Source: a virus | Strand: one strand, 5' to 3' | IMG/VR virus record: IMGVR_UViG_3300020057_000001 | Span: 64,001 to 128,000 of that record | DNA length: 64,000 nt | Shown: positions 26,653 through 37,102 of the stretch, piece by piece | Layout: each line of letters opens with the position of its first letter | Numbering within the stretch: position 1 is the stretch's first letter | Made by a program: the position numbers and the translations under genes | Notes under the pieces: model-generated | Seen by the model: the letters and a program-made list of their open reading frames with translations, nothing else | Database searches by the model: none | Told to the model about the DNA's origin: nothing

Positions 26653-27917
26653 TACCCACCTGCTTTAGGAGGTAGGTTGGCTGCCATAAACTGCGCCAAG
26701 TTAGGCACGGCAGACGGTGCCACTGGAGGAGGTGTAAAAGCGGGAGCCTGCGCAGCGACGTGTTGCGCAACAGGTACTGCATAGGTCGGCTGAGGCGCAG
26801 GTACTGCATAGGTCGGCTGAGGCACAGGTTGTACGTATTGTGGCTGTGCCGCTTGCACATGTTGTACGGCTTCTACCTGCAACACATGCTGTACATGTGG
26901 TACATGTGGTACGGCTTCTACCTGCAACACATGTTGTACATATTGTGGCTGTGCTGCTTGCACGTCGTCTACCTGCAACACAGGTGCGGTAAAGCCAGCG
27001 GGTGTAGGAGGAGGCGTTGGTCCGGTAGCTGCGACAGCACCTTCTGTTTTCAAGTACTTCGCTATGCGCTCAGAAATGGATCGCGGTAGCGTCTTAAAGC
27101 CGTTCTGTGCGTATTCGTTTACTTCGTCGACAGACCACGGGAAATTATTGACGTGCGCCACTGGGTCGGGAAGAGTAGCGGTATCTAATTGGAGGATCGC
27201 AGGATGGACTGGCGCGTCAATTATCATTGGTATGCTCATGGTCTGACCTGTTGCCGCATCGGTAATAGTGCGTAGCTCTTTTGCTGGCTCTGCGTGATAG
27301 CGCGTGTCCATGAAGGTAGAGCCAGTACGCCACAGCTTTGCCCAACCTTTGGTTGCATTTAGGTTGAAAAGATCGCCTTCATTGTTTTTGCGCATAGAAT
27401 CTGTAAGAGATTCAACCGCCGCAGCAGTCCCCCAAGCTGGCTTGCCAAACAACTGATCCGTGATGGTTCGGCTCGTTGTGAGGACGTGCACTTTCGGGTC
27501 GTTTGGGCAGATAACCAAGATAGCTACTTTAGTCTGCGGTTTAATAGCTTTATGTTCGTTTTTCATTTGGTTGTATTGGTGAGCATATTCGGGAAGCTTG
27601 TCGAAGCCGCCCTTTTCCCACTCTTTAATCGTCTTCTGGAGCGAGTCAGCATACTCTTTTTGCGGGTCTTTGAATCCGCTTAGCTCGAGGGAGGGACGTG
27701 TCCAGTTTTCTGCCTTACCGTTGCGGACGATTGTGTAGGGCATTTGGTCGTACTTAAGATACTTCAGGAAGTTTCCCTGTGCATCTTTCTTAGAAAGGAT
27801 CGGAACTACCTTGATGTAGATAGGATTGTCTTTAATTGTCTTCGTCTCAAGGCGGGTCGAAGAAGACTGTGTGCCGGAAACTTCTGAAGCGTTGTATGCA
27901 GTACCGAGAGTAGTCAT
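26652..27917 (-). CDS. Probable single-stranded DNA-binding protein (gp32-like) with a repetitive Q/P/V/A tail
   Basis: Context in the replication cluster; TGS..DTRY motif; low-complexity tail with duplicated PQPTYAVP, QHVLQVEAV and VQAAQPQYVQ units. Confidence 0.5.
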   Translation of the reverse strand: MTTLGTAYNASEVSGTQSSSTRLETKTIKDNPIYIKVVPILSKKDAQGNFLKYLKYDQMPYTIVRNGKAENWTRPSLELSGFKDPQKEYADSLQKTIKEWEKGGFDKLPEYAHQYNQMKNEHKAIKPQTKVAILVICPNDPKVHVLTTSRTITDQLFGKPAWGTAAAVESLTDSMRKNNEGDLFNLNATKGWAKLWRTGSTFMDTRYHAEPAKELRTITDAATGQTMSIPMIIDAPVHPAILQLDTATLPDPVAHVNNFPWSVDEVNEYAQNGFKTLPRSISERIAKYLKTEGAVAATGPTPPPTPAGFTAPVLQVDDVQAAQPQYVQHVLQVEAVPHVPHVQHVLQVEAVQHVQAAQPQYVQPVPQPTYAVPAPQPTYAVPVAQHVAAQAPAFTPPPVAPSAVPNLAQFMAANLPPKAGG

Positions 27918-27959
27918 TGTATTTCCTTATGCCTATACGGCTGGTGTGAGTATGGATGT

Positions 27960-28511
27960 CTATTGTTTTGACTTCCGTGGTCGTTTATCGGAAGTCTTTT
28001 TTGGGACTTTAGCTTTTTCTTTTACCTCCTTTCTAACAACACCTTCTTGGTTAGTTTTTAATAGGTGGCAAGGTCCGCAGAGTAACTGTAGCCGATGCTT
28101 AATTGAGTTGTAAAGCGCAAGACGAGAATTTATTTTTGGGTCCCATACTTCTACGTCTACAAATTCTCTAGCTATCCAGGTGTTGAAATCGACGTACCCC
28201 GTTTGCGGGTTTATGACAGGCTCGACGTGGTCTACCTGTACCTGTGTAATTTTATTAATTTTTTCAGGAAACCACTGCTTGCAGTGATTGCACTGGTACT
28301 CGACTCTTCGTGCCTTTGACGGAGACCCGTCTTGTTTAGTAACCAGACGCTCGCGTTTATTAAACTCTTTTACAACGGAAAAAAGAGGACTTCGAACAAA
28401 GACTTTTTTCAAAGCTGAAATCACGCTAGCGCGTAAAACAAACTTGTACTCTTTTTTCTTCTTTTTGACGCCGGTATCTGGGTCAGTTTTCTTTTTCACA
28501 TGCGCCGCCAC
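27960..28511 (-). CDS. HNH endonuclease
   Basis: YQCNHC ... VDHVEP ... LQLLCGPCHLLKT. Confidence 0.8.
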   Translation of the reverse strand: MAAHVKKKTDPDTGVKKKKKEYKFVLRASVISALKKVFVRSPLFSVVKEFNKRERLVTKQDGSPSKARRVEYQCNHCKQWFPEKINKITQVQVDHVEPVINPQTGYVDFNTWIAREFVDVEVWDPKINSRLALYNSIKHRLQLLCGPCHLLKTNQEGVVRKEVKEKAKVPKKTSDKRPRKSKQ

Positions 28512-29488
28512 ATTCTGTTCGCAATACCTAAAGGCATACCTCCAAATTGTTTTGCTACATCTACTTCTACAAATTTCGAGTATCCAACTTCTTCACGCCA
28601 CTCTTTAGCGATGATACTCAACGCCTCTCGGCTATGCATTGCGTCCTCAGTCCAGCATTTAGCAATGTAGTCGTCACCCCAGATACGGAAGTTGTCGCCG
28701 TGGTTGTCACGCCCTTGTGCCCTACATGCGGGACACGGAAGGTCGACACCCGATGGCTTGTACTCGACACTGTTCTCCTCACAATACCAATCGAGCATAG
28801 CTATGATGTCTGTACGGTCTTCTTCTTTTTTAGGCGCGCCCCAATTGTGCGAAAAAGGGTCAACCGCAAGCTCTTCTTTGGTGCGAATGACTGTGCTGTT
28901 CTCTTGTGGGAGGTCGGACAACGGTACCGCGCGCCGCACTTCTAGCACTGTCTGCTCAACGTCCCCTCGCCAACATCCAGGAAAGCGAGACCACCGCGCA
29001 GGGTCGTTACAGCCTTGGTCATTCATTCGATTAAGGCGTTTTGACAAAAAGAAAAAGATTTTCTTAAAAGTCTTTTCGTCGATCGGCTTTTGCGCTCCAC
29101 CAAGAGTAAAGATACGGATCAGGTAGTGGTAGCTTTTTCCACCCGAAAACGTTTTAGTAGTCCACGGTATACCGGAGGCTTCCATAATTTTTTCTTGTTC
29201 GTCTAGCGGAATTGGTTGACCCTCTAGGGGATGGTGCTTTGGATATTTGTCAAACTCGATTAGGAACGTGCGCGAAAGAGCGGCGGAGTTAGCTCGAACT
29301 TGCGTCGATCCAGTAGACGGATTACCGCAGAGGAAAACGCCCTGCGGTCCTTTGTGACCGATCCATCGCCTAGCTTCGTGTAGAGGGATAGAAATACACG
29401 CTCTGTTCAATTCGTCGGTGACCCAAACAAAATCGTCGGGATCAAATAGAACGTCTAAGGCTTGTTGTGCAAGGTCATTCGCTAACAT
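28496..29488 (-). CDS. Primase-polymerase (AEP-like) with C-terminal Zn finger
   Basis: FLIEFD, FSGGKSYH, NDPARWSRFPG, CPAC...C...H; near the helicase and polymerase. Confidence 0.8.
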   Translation of the reverse strand: MLANDLAQQALDVLFDPDDFVWVTDELNRACISIPLHEARRWIGHKGPQGVFLCGNPSTGSTQVRANSAALSRTFLIEFDKYPKHHPLEGQPIPLDEQEKIMEASGIPWTTKTFSGGKSYHYLIRIFTLGGAQKPIDEKTFKKIFFFLSKRLNRMNDQGCNDPARWSRFPGCWRGDVEQTVLEVRRAVPLSDLPQENSTVIRTKEELAVDPFSHNWGAPKKEEDRTDIIAMLDWYCEENSVEYKPSGVDLPCPACRAQGRDNHGDNFRIWGDDYIAKCWTEDAMHSREALSIIAKEWREEVGYSKFVEVDVAKQFGGMPLGIANRMWRRM

Positions 29489-29948
29489 GCTGGGTTTCTT
29501 GAGGGATGTAGTCGACATAGATACCAAACTCTCCTAGTAAATCTAGACCAAGACCTTTGAATTTTCTAAAAACTACGCGCTTGATACCCACGAAAGCGAT
29601 GTGCTTGGCGCAATCAGGGCAGGGCGAGTGCGTTACGTAGAGTGTAGCACCTCGAGCGTCGTCTATGTTCGTACAGGAAAAAAAAGCACGCATCTCTGCA
29701 TGTACAATTCGAGGATGCTTGTAGTCCGACTGCATGTCAATCGGCCAGTAGTTAAACAATGGCGGAAAAGAGTTGTAGCCTTCCGCGACTACGTAACCTT
29801 CTGTATACGCATATGGAGCAGGGGGGACACGGTAAATAATTGCACCTACCTGCGTCTTAGTGTCGTGGCTGCATTCTGCGGCAGCTTCCGCTAAGTCTAG
29901 CATTTTGTTGTCGAAATCCGTGTCGTAGGTAGGTTTATTTTCGGCCAT
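29475..29948 (-). CDS. dCMP deaminase
   Basis: QVGAII, GYN, HAE, THSPCPDC. Confidence 0.92.
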   Translation of the reverse strand: MAENKPTYDTDFDNKMLDLAEAAAECSHDTKTQVGAIIYRVPPAPYAYTEGYVVAEGYNSFPPLFNYWPIDMQSDYKHPRIVHAEMRAFFSCTNIDDARGATLYVTHSPCPDCAKHIAFVGIKRVVFRKFKGLGLDLLGEFGIYVDYIPQETQHVSE

Positions 29949-30954
29949 TTTTTTTCTCCTTCTTGTCTGCTTCCACGTCTAGTTCTTCTTGCTTCTTGCC
30001 GAATTTAGACCAATCATCCGGTACCTCCTCGTTCTCAAACCGCTCTCTGCTCGATTCGTACTTAAAGGCGCTCACCGCAGTATAAGGAATACCTGGATAG
30101 CGGAACTTATCACACTTGATAATTGTGTAGTTGTCTACACGCCCGATGATCAGTACGTGCGTGGCATCCTCAATTGCACCTTTACCATTTCGCGCTACGG
30201 AGTATGCGTCCCATGTTCGGGGGTGCTTCTTTACATCTGGGCTGTACCCTTGCTGAAACGTCACGATGGGCGCGAGCTTTAGGCGCTGGTTGCAGAGAAT
30301 CTGAAATCGCGTGGTAATAAATTTTATCTGCTTGAAAGGGTCTTTTATGTTGAGCGTTTTAGAGTTTTCGGGGTTGTACGTGTTACCCGTGTTACTGAGT
30401 TGGTCAAAAAGAGTAAGTTCAGCGCCGAAGTGCTGCGATTGCTCGACGACGTAGTCGGCTACCGAATCCCAACAAGTTGTAACACTCATAGACGTCGTAG
30501 TGTCGTAGATACGGACGTACTTTACAGCGTCTTCAGCGACTTTACGTAAGTCAGCAATCCCTTTGATTCTGCCGATAATCGTCGAGATCGCGTACAGGTA
30601 CGAGTATATGTCTAGCTCGTTACTAAAAACCGCAACCATACGCTTCTGCATAATCATCTTAGCTGCCACATGGTTAGCAAACGTGGACTTCCCATGCCCT
30701 GAACGTGCAAACACAACTGTTAAGCTGTCGAGGTGCACGGGGACGTTAAAGTCGTCATGAAATATTTTGAACGCAGAGGCTTTCCGCTCTTCTACGTAAG
30801 TAAACCCCTTGTCGATCTCTTCTGCGGTCTGGTTGCGAATCTCGTTTACACTAAAAGGAGAGACTTTAGGCGCTTCGACGACGTAGCCGCCCGCAGGCGA
30901 CCACAGCGAGTCGATCTCGGATTCGGTAGGTACACCGGTGTACATTTCAGCCAT
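29935..30954 (-). CDS. DnaB/SF4-like replicative helicase
   Basis: Walker A ARSGHGKST, SNE, LFDQL, IEDA, KFR; between primase and polymerase. Confidence 0.75.
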   Translation of the reverse strand: MAEMYTGVPTESEIDSLWSPAGGYVVEAPKVSPFSVNEIRNQTAEEIDKGFTYVEERKASAFKIFHDDFNVPVHLDSLTVVFARSGHGKSTFANHVAAKMIMQKRMVAVFSNELDIYSYLYAISTIIGRIKGIADLRKVAEDAVKYVRIYDTTTSMSVTTCWDSVADYVVEQSQHFGAELTLFDQLSNTGNTYNPENSKTLNIKDPFKQIKFITTRFQILCNQRLKLAPIVTFQQGYSPDVKKHPRTWDAYSVARNGKGAIEDATHVLIIGRVDNYTIIKCDKFRYPGIPYTAVSAFKYESSRERFENEEVPDDWSKFGKKQEELDVEADKKEKKNGRK

Positions 30955-30955
30955 G

Positions 30956-33163
30956 TTATTTCGCTTCATAGAAATTGTTACCGACAGCAAATCCAAATCT
31001 CATGTTTAAGCTCCATTTAAGCCAAGCGTTGACACGGTCTTGCGCAACTTCTTTGGCCTTTCGGCAATCCTCTAGGTCGACTTTAGGGCATTCTATAATT
31101 ACTTCATCGTGGATGATGGTCACGAACTTAGCATACGGTGCTTCTTCTAGCAAGAATCTGGTAAAGTTCTGAATAATTGGGTTCACAGAAGACTGTATCA
31201 TCCAGTTGAATGCTTTTCTAGGTTCGGGGGTACCTCTGTATCCTAGAGGGTTTACAAGAAACTCCTGACGTTCGACGATCTGTTTTTGTTTGTCGGCGTA
31301 TGCTTTAATGCCCGAGAACACGTCCCAGTAGCGATACCAAAATTTCTGCACGTCTTCAAACCGAACATCAAAGCCTGACTCGGTAACTGACTTATGAATC
31401 TTTGCAGCGCCCGCTCCATACGCAATCGCCAACGCGCATGTCTTGTGGATGTTTCTGATCTTTTTCAATTTTGTTTTGATCACTTCATCGTCAGCCAACC
31501 ACTGTTGTGCAAACGTCTTACCCGACCAGTCCGCCGCGAAAGCTTCGCGAAGAACTGCGGCACCGAATGGCGAAAACGACATGGACATTAGGTACAGATC
31601 GCTAATCAGCATGACGTCTTTTTCGTAGTAAGGTTCTTTACCAATCCCCGTCAAAGAAGCGTGTGTGTACAGCCGGTCTCCCGTGTACACACTGGTAATT
31701 GTGGGTTCACAGCCTAGGGCGTCTGCACTGATCAAAATATTATCTGCACTTGAAGGGAGCAATGCAGACATTAAGCCGGAATCCCTGCGCCCTAGAGCTT
31801 GAATATTTGCGCCGCCGCCACCTGCGTACCTCCCCGTGACAGTCCCACACAAGCGCAATGTGTGGTGCCAGCGGTCGTCTTGCGTAGATAAGAGTGCAAG
31901 TTTAGCGGCTTGTGTTTTAATCAAGAGGCGCTTTCCTCTGTTCTGGACAATTTCGCCAGGACGACCCCACTGATGCATGTGAGCGCTTCTAAATGACGGA
32001 GAGTTCTTAGGCGTGACCAGAAGCTCTGCGCCATGTACACGACCTTGTTCAGTTTGAATTATCTTAAACCATTTCAGTTCCGTTGCGTCTTTAACTTTCA
32101 TGAGTACCTTCCGAGCAAGGTCAAGTTGATTGACGCACAAGGCTTCCATATGTGTTTTAGACGTGATGTTAAACTCAGGAAGGATCTCTACAATCTTTTT
32201 CTTAAACTTAGACTGCTCTTTGATCTTAAGCGCTTGCCGCACTGCCATAATAGGATCAGCGAATTCTTGAAAAAAGACTTGGTCAATATCTGCTACTTCT
32301 TTGTTTACGTCTTTGACGTATTGCAATAAAGCCGCGCGATCGACGTTAATCCCAGTTATTTGTGCGTCTACAATTAAATGCGCCATGCTCATAAATAGCT
32401 CGTGGTCGGTTTCCCAGTCGTACTTCTGTGCAGCGAAACTGTTCGCTATAAACCGCGCAAGCTTAAGCGTGCAGTCAGTGTCACCAACGTTGTACTCCTC
32501 AAGCGCCGTATCGTCAGCGAGATAGATGTACTTCATAAGATTCTTTTTAGTCATTTTGATTTCCTTGGTGACAAATTTTGTCTCCCAGGTACCGCTAAAA
32601 AAAATAGCGTCGTCGTGCTCCACGCCGTCGTCGAGCCAGACACGTTCACCATCGTCGTCGATAATTGCTAGGCGTTGGTCTTTTCCATTGTCGTCGGGGG
32701 TCCAAGTTTTTTCTGTAAGGGATTTGTTAGTCTGGGCAAGAGCTACCTGTTGTTTCAGGTGCTCATAAAATTTTTGCTTGTGCCCGACGAGGTGCGGGAG
32801 GATGCGGGCTAGCGAGTCGTCTAGACCGAAGCCCTCACCCATTTCGTTTGCGTGACCAAAAAGCTGCGAAAGGCGCATGCTGTCGTATTTAAGATTTAAG
32901 TTTAGCTCGGGAAATCGGCACTTAATAACGAGTAGCTCAAAGCCCACGTTGTGGGCTACAAGTGGAATTTGTGCGTCCGAGAGCATTTTCAAGAAAGCGC
33001 GAACTTGATCTTCACCTTTGGCAAAGTATGTCTGCGTAATATCGTCGTCGGGATCGCCGACAAGCCAGCTTGCTGCTACGGAGAGTACGCGAAAATCGGG
33101 CTCCCACGCGTTTAGTCCAGTCGTTTCGAAGTCTATGCATATTAAATTTGAAAAATTTATCAT
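30956..33163 (-). CDS. polA: Family A DNA polymerase with 3'-5' exonuclease domain
   Basis: ExoI IDFETTG, ExoII HNVGFE, TVTGR, motif A SADALGCE, motif B RNIHKTCALAIAYG, motif C IHDEV. Confidence 0.95.
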   Translation of the reverse strand: MINFSNLICIDFETTGLNAWEPDFRVLSVAASWLVGDPDDDITQTYFAKGEDQVRAFLKMLSDAQIPLVAHNVGFELLVIKCRFPELNLNLKYDSMRLSQLFGHANEMGEGFGLDDSLARILPHLVGHKQKFYEHLKQQVALAQTNKSLTEKTWTPDDNGKDQRLAIIDDDGERVWLDDGVEHDDAIFFSGTWETKFVTKEIKMTKKNLMKYIYLADDTALEEYNVGDTDCTLKLARFIANSFAAQKYDWETDHELFMSMAHLIVDAQITGINVDRAALLQYVKDVNKEVADIDQVFFQEFADPIMAVRQALKIKEQSKFKKKIVEILPEFNITSKTHMEALCVNQLDLARKVLMKVKDATELKWFKIIQTEQGRVHGAELLVTPKNSPSFRSAHMHQWGRPGEIVQNRGKRLLIKTQAAKLALLSTQDDRWHHTLRLCGTVTGRYAGGGGANIQALGRRDSGLMSALLPSSADNILISADALGCEPTITSVYTGDRLYTHASLTGIGKEPYYEKDVMLISDLYLMSMSFSPFGAAVLREAFAADWSGKTFAQQWLADDEVIKTKLKKIRNIHKTCALAIAYGAGAAKIHKSVTESGFDVRFEDVQKFWYRYWDVFSGIKAYADKQKQIVERQEFLVNPLGYRGTPEPRKAFNWMIQSSVNPIIQNFTRFLLEEAPYAKFVTIIHDEVIIECPKVDLEDCRKAKEVAQDRVNAWLKWSLNMRFGFAVGNNFYEAK

Positions 33164-33175
33164 AGAGACCCGCTT

Positions 33176-33898
33176 TCATTTATTTAACATCTCTAAAAGA
33201 TAAGTATGTTTCGCCACGTAATTCGCGGTTTCCGTGTTAATTGCCGTAAGGGCTTCTAAAGATTTTAGAGATTTGGAGTACAGACCTGCGTTGTACGCAA
33301 CAAGCGTTAAGGCAACAGATCCATTTACTCTTTCATTGATCAGGTTAAACAAGCACGCAGAAATATTTAAATTCACGACAGGCTCGTTTAGATCGTGTGC
33401 ATCGAGTTTTTCTTGAAACCCGCAGCGCAGCGAGAAATCAGATGCCGTAGGTGGAGTAACTTGCCCGACGCCTCTAGCGCCTGCGGAAGATTTAGCGTCT
33501 GGTGAGAAGGCACTCTCGATAGCGAGTGTAGCAATCCAAGCATTCCTAAGTTCAATGCTAGGTAGGCGCTTTACAGCGGTCTGTGCAATTAAAGCAGCCA
33601 TTGATGTCCTCTGATACGTCGACAAGGGCGATCTAGATATTTCCATTGCGTTTAGCGTAAGACTAATAATACGCAGAAATTCTAGGTCTGCAAGACGCGC
33701 CGTCTCTTCTTTTTTCTCGAACTCGACCACCTTGGACTGCAACGCTTGAACTTTCTCGTCTACGCTAGAAAGAGCTAAAGTTTCGGCGGAGAACCTTAAA
33801 GAATTATAGCCGAGCACTATAAACACGCCTAAGATAAGAACAGCAACACCAACTCGAAAAAACCGTCGCAAAAAAGATCTAACTTGAATATATAGCAT
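33176..33898 (-). CDS. Membrane-anchored lytic transglycosylase (SLT domain)
   Basis: IESAF, SSAGARGVGQVTP, AYNAG, ETANYV; N-terminal TM. Confidence 0.9.
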   Translation of the reverse strand: MLYIQVRSFLRRFFRVGVAVLILGVFIVLGYNSLRFSAETLALSSVDEKVQALQSKVVEFEKKEETARLADLEFLRIISLTLNAMEISRSPLSTYQRTSMAALIAQTAVKRLPSIELRNAWIATLAIESAFSPDAKSSAGARGVGQVTPPTASDFSLRCGFQEKLDAHDLNEPVVNLNISACLFNLINERVNGSVALTLVAYNAGLYSKSLKSLEALTAINTETANYVAKHTYLLEMLNK

Positions 33899-33920
33899 AC
33901 TTGATGCCTCCTAAATACAG

Positions 33921-33947
33921 TGTTCGGACGGGATGTCCGAAACTTTA
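33921..33947 (-). promoter_or_regulatory. sigma28/FliA-like promoter with an embedded inverted repeat
   Basis: TAAAG-N14-TCCGAACA upstream of the SLT/polymerase operon; overlaps the TTCGGAC-N5-GTCCGAA palindrome. Confidence 0.6.
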
Positions 33948-36077
33948 GCAAAAAATGACGTCGTCAAATGACGAGTCGTTAACTCCATGTTCTACAAGTA
34001 ATATTAATTTTGACTGCCCTACCACACGCAGATGGTCTAAGATATCATCTCGTAGTTCTGTGTGGCTTCCAGTGAGTGCTTCGTCGAGACAGAGAATAGG
34101 GGATGCGAACATGTCAGAAATAGCTAACTGCGCGGCTAACAAGCACCTATTTTCGGCGCCACCTGAAAAATCTTCAATAGCCATCTCCAAGCCTTTATGA
34201 ATAATCTTGAGCCCCATCTTAGCTCTGCGCTCGTCTTTTTTCGTAAAACTCTCATTTGTAATGAATATGTGTGTACCAGCATCGGGGAAAAAGAGGTCGA
34301 TATAGTGTTTTAAATTTGTGTTTATGGCATTCACAATTGCGCTAACAGAAGACATCGTAGACTCGTCGCTGAGTTTTTTGAGTTTCGTAGCCGTTGTCAC
34401 ACTCTTCAGCAGAGAGTTCTCGCCCTCTACGACTTTGTTTAGGGATTCCTCTAGCAAAAGGTGCGCCTTGAGGGCAGCGCTAAAAGCTTGGTCTAGTGTA
34501 ATGGCACGCTCTCGCGTTGCTTTACGAGCCAACCCCTCGGCTTGCTTCTGCTCTAGGTCTTTTAAAAAAGACCTGTGGTCGGCTGAGCGGATGTTCAACG
34601 CATGCAAACTCTCTCTTATTAGGGTTTCATCTGGGAGATCTTGAACCCACTGCGCTGACAGGGTGCGCAGTTGATTGCGCTTAGACGCTAGGTTTTGTTC
34701 CAAAAAATGCAGATTGTTAATTTCTTGAACAACTACGGTCATTTCGGCATGTACATCTTGCTGTTTTTTAGTCGTGAGTTGTACGAGTTCTGTAAAGTCT
34801 GTGTCAGACACGGGGTGCGCTTTCGCTAAGAGCCCAGTACTCTCCTCAAACATCTGCCTTTGGACGACGCTTGCGGCCCTGTAGCGTTCCCAGTCGAGTA
34901 CAAAACTAGCAGCCTGTTTCTCTTCTAGCTCTAAGGTATTTAGTGTCGCCACGAGTGCAGACTTAGCCGTGCCATCGTGTGAATGATGTAGTGTATTCGA
35001 CGCTAACGTCAGGGGTGCTTGGCATGCAGGGCACTCATAGATAGACGTCATTGCATGAAGTGTTTGCGCTTTTTCAGCGGCTAACGTGGCAATACGTTGG
35101 CGAATCGCAGCAAGGTTAGCGTCTGCGGAAACAATCCCTTCCCTAGCTTGTTCGAGAGTTGTCGAGAGACCTGATTGAAGGGCTATCTGTAGCTTGTCGC
35201 GGGCTTGCTTCTTTAGCTCCTGCCTGTTGATTTGGTCAGATGCGTCCGCTAAAACGGCAGCCGCCTGTTGAATCTCAGTGGAGAGGCTAAATTTGCGGGC
35301 GTCGAGGGCACTTCTTGTAGGTAGTGTATTCTCTAATGCCGCAATCTCAACTTGCAGGTTGTGAATAAGGGGAGCCAGCGTGCGGCTAGGGTGGTTTAGA
35401 AGGGCGGTTTGAGCCTGTATTGCGGAATCTACTTCGCGTATCTGTTGTCTAGCGTACTCAAACGTGTCACTAGACCACTGGTCGGTGTCCGCAGGTGGAA
35501 CCGGAGGGTGATCGAGTGTCTCTAAGTGCGCTTTGCTGCGGGTTACGTTTTCTTGCGCCTGTGCTCGCAAGGACGTCTTGATGGTAAGATTCTGGGTGTA
35601 CGACGTTAATTTGTCCTGTATAACTTTTTTATATTTCTCAGGGTCGTGGGCACCGAAAGCGAGCGTCTGGATAAAGCGGACTTGATCCGCCGCACCTAGC
35701 GTAAGGAGTGACCCTCTAAGCTTCTGCTTGACGTAAGAGGAAGCAGAAAACTGCTCATGGCTCATACCAAGCACCCGCTGTATCTCAGCTTGTCCCACGT
35801 CGTTCTCAAGGTGGTCATTCACAATTAACCGACCCGGACCTTTAAAACGAGCTATGGAAGCAAGACCAGAAAAACCTGTAAGAATAACAGAGGCTTTAGT
35901 TTCACCCAACGGGGCGACCGCACGTATGGCTTCATCGCCGTAGAGCGCCCAGTTGATGGCTTGCAGTATTGTGCTCTTACCGGCCTCACTATTCCCTGCG
36001 ATTCTTACTAACCCAGTCTGGGGTAATTCTATAGTTTTGTCTTTAAGTCCCTTAAATGCTTTAATCTCTAGTCTCAA
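33945..36077 (-). CDS. sbcC: SbcC/Rad50/gp46-like SMC ATPase
   Basis: Walker A GNSEAGKS, central CPAC zinc hook within coiled coils, FSGG signature, LCLDE. Confidence 0.92.
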   Translation of the reverse strand: MRLEIKAFKGLKDKTIELPQTGLVRIAGNSEAGKSTILQAINWALYGDEAIRAVAPLGETKASVILTGFSGLASIARFKGPGRLIVNDHLENDVGQAEIQRVLGMSHEQFSASSYVKQKLRGSLLTLGAADQVRFIQTLAFGAHDPEKYKKVIQDKLTSYTQNLTIKTSLRAQAQENVTRSKAHLETLDHPPVPPADTDQWSSDTFEYARQQIREVDSAIQAQTALLNHPSRTLAPLIHNLQVEIAALENTLPTRSALDARKFSLSTEIQQAAAVLADASDQINRQELKKQARDKLQIALQSGLSTTLEQAREGIVSADANLAAIRQRIATLAAEKAQTLHAMTSIYECPACQAPLTLASNTLHHSHDGTAKSALVATLNTLELEEKQAASFVLDWERYRAASVVQRQMFEESTGLLAKAHPVSDTDFTELVQLTTKKQQDVHAEMTVVVQEINNLHFLEQNLASKRNQLRTLSAQWVQDLPDETLIRESLHALNIRSADHRSFLKDLEQKQAEGLARKATRERAITLDQAFSAALKAHLLLEESLNKVVEGENSLLKSVTTATKLKKLSDESTMSSVSAIVNAINTNLKHYIDLFFPDAGTHIFITNESFTKKDERRAKMGLKIIHKGLEMAIEDFSGGAENRCLLAAQLAISDMFASPILCLDEALTGSHTELRDDILDHLRVVGQSKLILLVEHGVNDSSFDDVIFC

Positions 36078-36079
36078 AA

Positions 36080-37081
36080 TTACACTCCTACTGCTGTTAC
36101 GACCTCTTGAAAAAGGAAGTTTACGTCATTATCGGCGAGTTCGTCCACCATATGAGACAAAACATCTAAATAAGTTTTACGGTCTGTGGAACTAGAGGAG
36201 AACACGACGTCGTCCGCCGCAAGTATTATTTTTACACCTAGCGCGTTAAATTCTTTGTAAGCATCGCTTTTCTTAAACTTTGAGAGTTCTAAGAAGGAGC
36301 CTGACAGCTTGAGACGAAAAGAGTCACCTGTGTTAAACAGCTCTACACGCGGTAGATTTTCTACCTTGCACTCGTAGGTCAATTTTCGAGGAAGACCGAG
36401 CGAGATTAAATTTTCAGTGTACGTCCCTGCGCTGAAGTTAAATAGAGATATCGTCTTTTCCGCTACTTCGCCAAACGAGTGGTGAAAAGGTGTACCTACG
36501 TATATGACGTTTGAGTGAGGCTTTTGTCTATCGTGAAAGTGTCCCGCAATAAGAAGGGGCCAATTAGCGTCCCACCTGTCACCTTTTGCGCAGACGACTT
36601 TAGGCGCCATAAACGAGCCCTCGATTTCGGGGTGCGCAAACACCGCTGAAGATGTGCGCCAGTCGGGTAGCAAATCTAGAGCTTCTACAAGTCGTCCTGG
36701 CGGGGTGTACGGTGTGAAGGAAAATGATAAGCCACCTATAGTGGCTTGAGTAGGGTGGTCAACTATAGTGATATTGCGTAGGTTTTTTAGAACTTTAAAC
36801 GGATGGTCTGATTCAAGAAACCGTGAAGGCGCTACCATATCGTGATTACCGATAAGGAGGTAGACGGGTACATGTTCAGCTAGGCTCTTAATCCAATCGT
36901 ATGCAGTGTTTAAAAGCGTACTGTGACAAACTGCGTGGGTGTGGTTAAGGTCGCCCGTGATCACTACAGCGTCGGGTTTGGTTTGCTTTACGACTTCTAA
37001 CGTAGTCTCTGCCATCTTAAGAAAAACGGGTAGAGTACTCATTTGACAATGAGGGTCACCTATCACGAGAACATTAGACAT
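36080..37081 (-). CDS. sbcD: SbcD/Mre11/gp47-like nuclease
   Basis: GDPH, TGDL, GNHD, AH, GHFH, YVGTP; adjacent to sbcC. Confidence 0.92.
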   Translation of the reverse strand: MSNVLVIGDPHCQMSTLPVFLKMAETTLEVVKQTKPDAVVITGDLNHTHAVCHSTLLNTAYDWIKSLAEHVPVYLLIGNHDMVAPSRFLESDHPFKVLKNLRNITIVDHPTQATIGGLSFSFTPYTPPGRLVEALDLLPDWRTSSAVFAHPEIEGSFMAPKVVCAKGDRWDANWPLLIAGHFHDRQKPHSNVIYVGTPFHHSFGEVAEKTISLFNFSAGTYTENLISLGLPRKLTYECKVENLPRVELFNTGDSFRLKLSGSFLELSKFKKSDAYKEFNALGVKIILAADDVVFSSSSTDRKTYLDVLSHMVDELADNDVNFLFQEVVTAVGV

Positions 37082-37102
37082 AAAATTTCCTTCGGTGCAA
37101 AT

